Assembly: GCA_030390025.1 (NCBI GenBank)
Contig: CM059432.1
Span: 120,902,001 to 120,966,000 of the forward strand
Source of the DNA: Squalus acanthias
Lineage: Eukaryota
Direction: 5' to 3'
Length of the DNA: 64,000 nucleotides
In this document: in pieces, positions 62,828-64,000 of the stretch
How the letters are laid out: the number at the start of each line of letters is the position of its first letter
Position numbering within the stretch: the stretch's first letter is position 1
Notes under the pieces: generated by a model
The model's database searches: none
The model's input: only the letters and a program-made list of their open reading frames with translations
Told to the model about the DNA's origin: nothing
Made by a program: the position numbers and the translations under genes

Positions 62828-64000
62828 AGGTGGGAGGGGCTACGAGTGAGCAGGTGCTGCTGGGTGCTTGATCACTCCTGGAGTGAGTTTGTAAAAAGTT
62901 GATGGTGTTTTTTTTTCAGGTTTTAGGGCCTTTATGGTCCATAAACAGCAGCCAGACCAAAGCCGAATGTTGGGTTCGAGGTGACGGTCAGTGGCCGAGA
63001 GGAGGTGGAAAGTCTTTTACTCAGTTTGAAGGTTGGAGATAAGTTCTTGGAGGTATCTCTGCTATATTCTGAAGAGGTGGTGGTCTCATTCTTAAACCTG
63101 CCGGTTAATATTGAGGATGATGTGCTAATCAAAAAGTTGGAGTCGTGGGACATTAAATTTGCTTGGTAATAAAGAGGAGATACTATCTAGGAACGTGGGT
63201 AGCAGATGGAACCCGTTACGTAAAGGTGCGGTTCCCAGAGGGGGTGAAGTCATTGCTGTATAGCATGAAATTCGAGACAATGGAAGGAGTGCAGTACTTC
63301 TGTATACTGCATGATAACCAGGTGAAGGTTTGTTATTATTGTCTTGGACATGACCATCTTGTAAGGAGCTGTCCAGACTTGTGCTGTTATAATTGTGGCG
63401 AGTCTGGACACATCGCTCGGAGCTGCAAGGCAGCGAGCTGTGGGGTGTGTCACAAAGACCCCACCCACTGTGACTGTGAGGCAGAAGGAAGCCCCTTGAG
63501 TGACGAGGAAATGGGAGAAGGAGCAGGAGGTGTGAGTGGAACGGCCAGAGGAGAAGAGCAGGTGGAGGACACAGATGGTGAATTGAAGGAGAAAAGAGCG
63601 CAGGAAGAGGCAGAAAATTGTGGAGCAGAGAACAGGATGGAGATGGTGGCAAACACACCAAGTACAGTGGAAAAGGACAAAGACAGCAGAGGGCAGCACA
63701 GGTCGAGGGCAGAGTCGAGCCATAATATGGCTCGGCTCTCCCTAAAGAATCTGGTGTCCGCAGGGGGAGAGGAGGTGGGAGCGGGGTGCGTGGTAAGTGT
63801 AAGTACTCCAAAGAAAGACGAGGAGTAGGACATCTCAGGGAGCAGGAGGGGGCAAGACAAGGAGAGGGTGCAAGAGGCAGGAGCCTTAACGGGGCAGCAG
63901 GATGGGAGCGGGGAGACAAAGATGCCAGAAGGGAGCAAGATAGGTGCAGATGCACCATTGTCCCAGAGAGAAGAAACAGGGAGCAAGGGTCAGCGGTGGT
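62828..64000 (+). mobile_element. Tx1/L1-clade non-LTR retrotransposon 5' end, decayed ORF1 (~62920-63830+)
   Basis: VVVSFLNLPVNIEDDVLIKKL, GTRYVKVRFP, tandem knuckles CYYCLGHDHLVRSC and CYNCGESGHIARSC, then an acidic tail; frameshift near 63165. Confidence 0.8.

Overview
Repeat-dense vertebrate DNA, most likely a cartilaginous fish (inferred from HER1/CR1-type LINEs, a SacSINE1/DeuSINE-like SINE and Penelope-type terminal repeats). I could not identify any host protein-coding gene. The centrepiece is a very young 9.36-kb endogenous LTR virus-like element (13625-22983) inserted in a CR1 LINE. It has a 4-bp AGGG target duplication, ~1.64-kb near-identical LTRs and an 18-nt tRNA-Arg(UCG) primer-binding site. 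It carries an intact gag with overlapping PSAP/PPxY late domains and a CCHC knuckle, ending in a UGA-CUAG read-through context. There is no protease, RT, RNase H or integrase; the pol slot holds a novel coiled-coil/acidic/Pro-rich ORF. Its envelope cassette is a signal peptide plus Ig-like domain, one nucleotide out of frame with a class I fusion protein of Mononegavirales-F/lokiretrovirus-like architecture. A diverged solo LTR of the same family (CACT TSD) sits 2 kb downstream, inverted, inside a ~50-copy 40-bp minisatellite. The rest is many decayed CR1 copies, PIF/Harbinger transposons (one full-length but inactivated by its own MITE), MITEs, Penelope remnants with a hammerhead-like core, and a Tx1-like ORF1 at the right edge.
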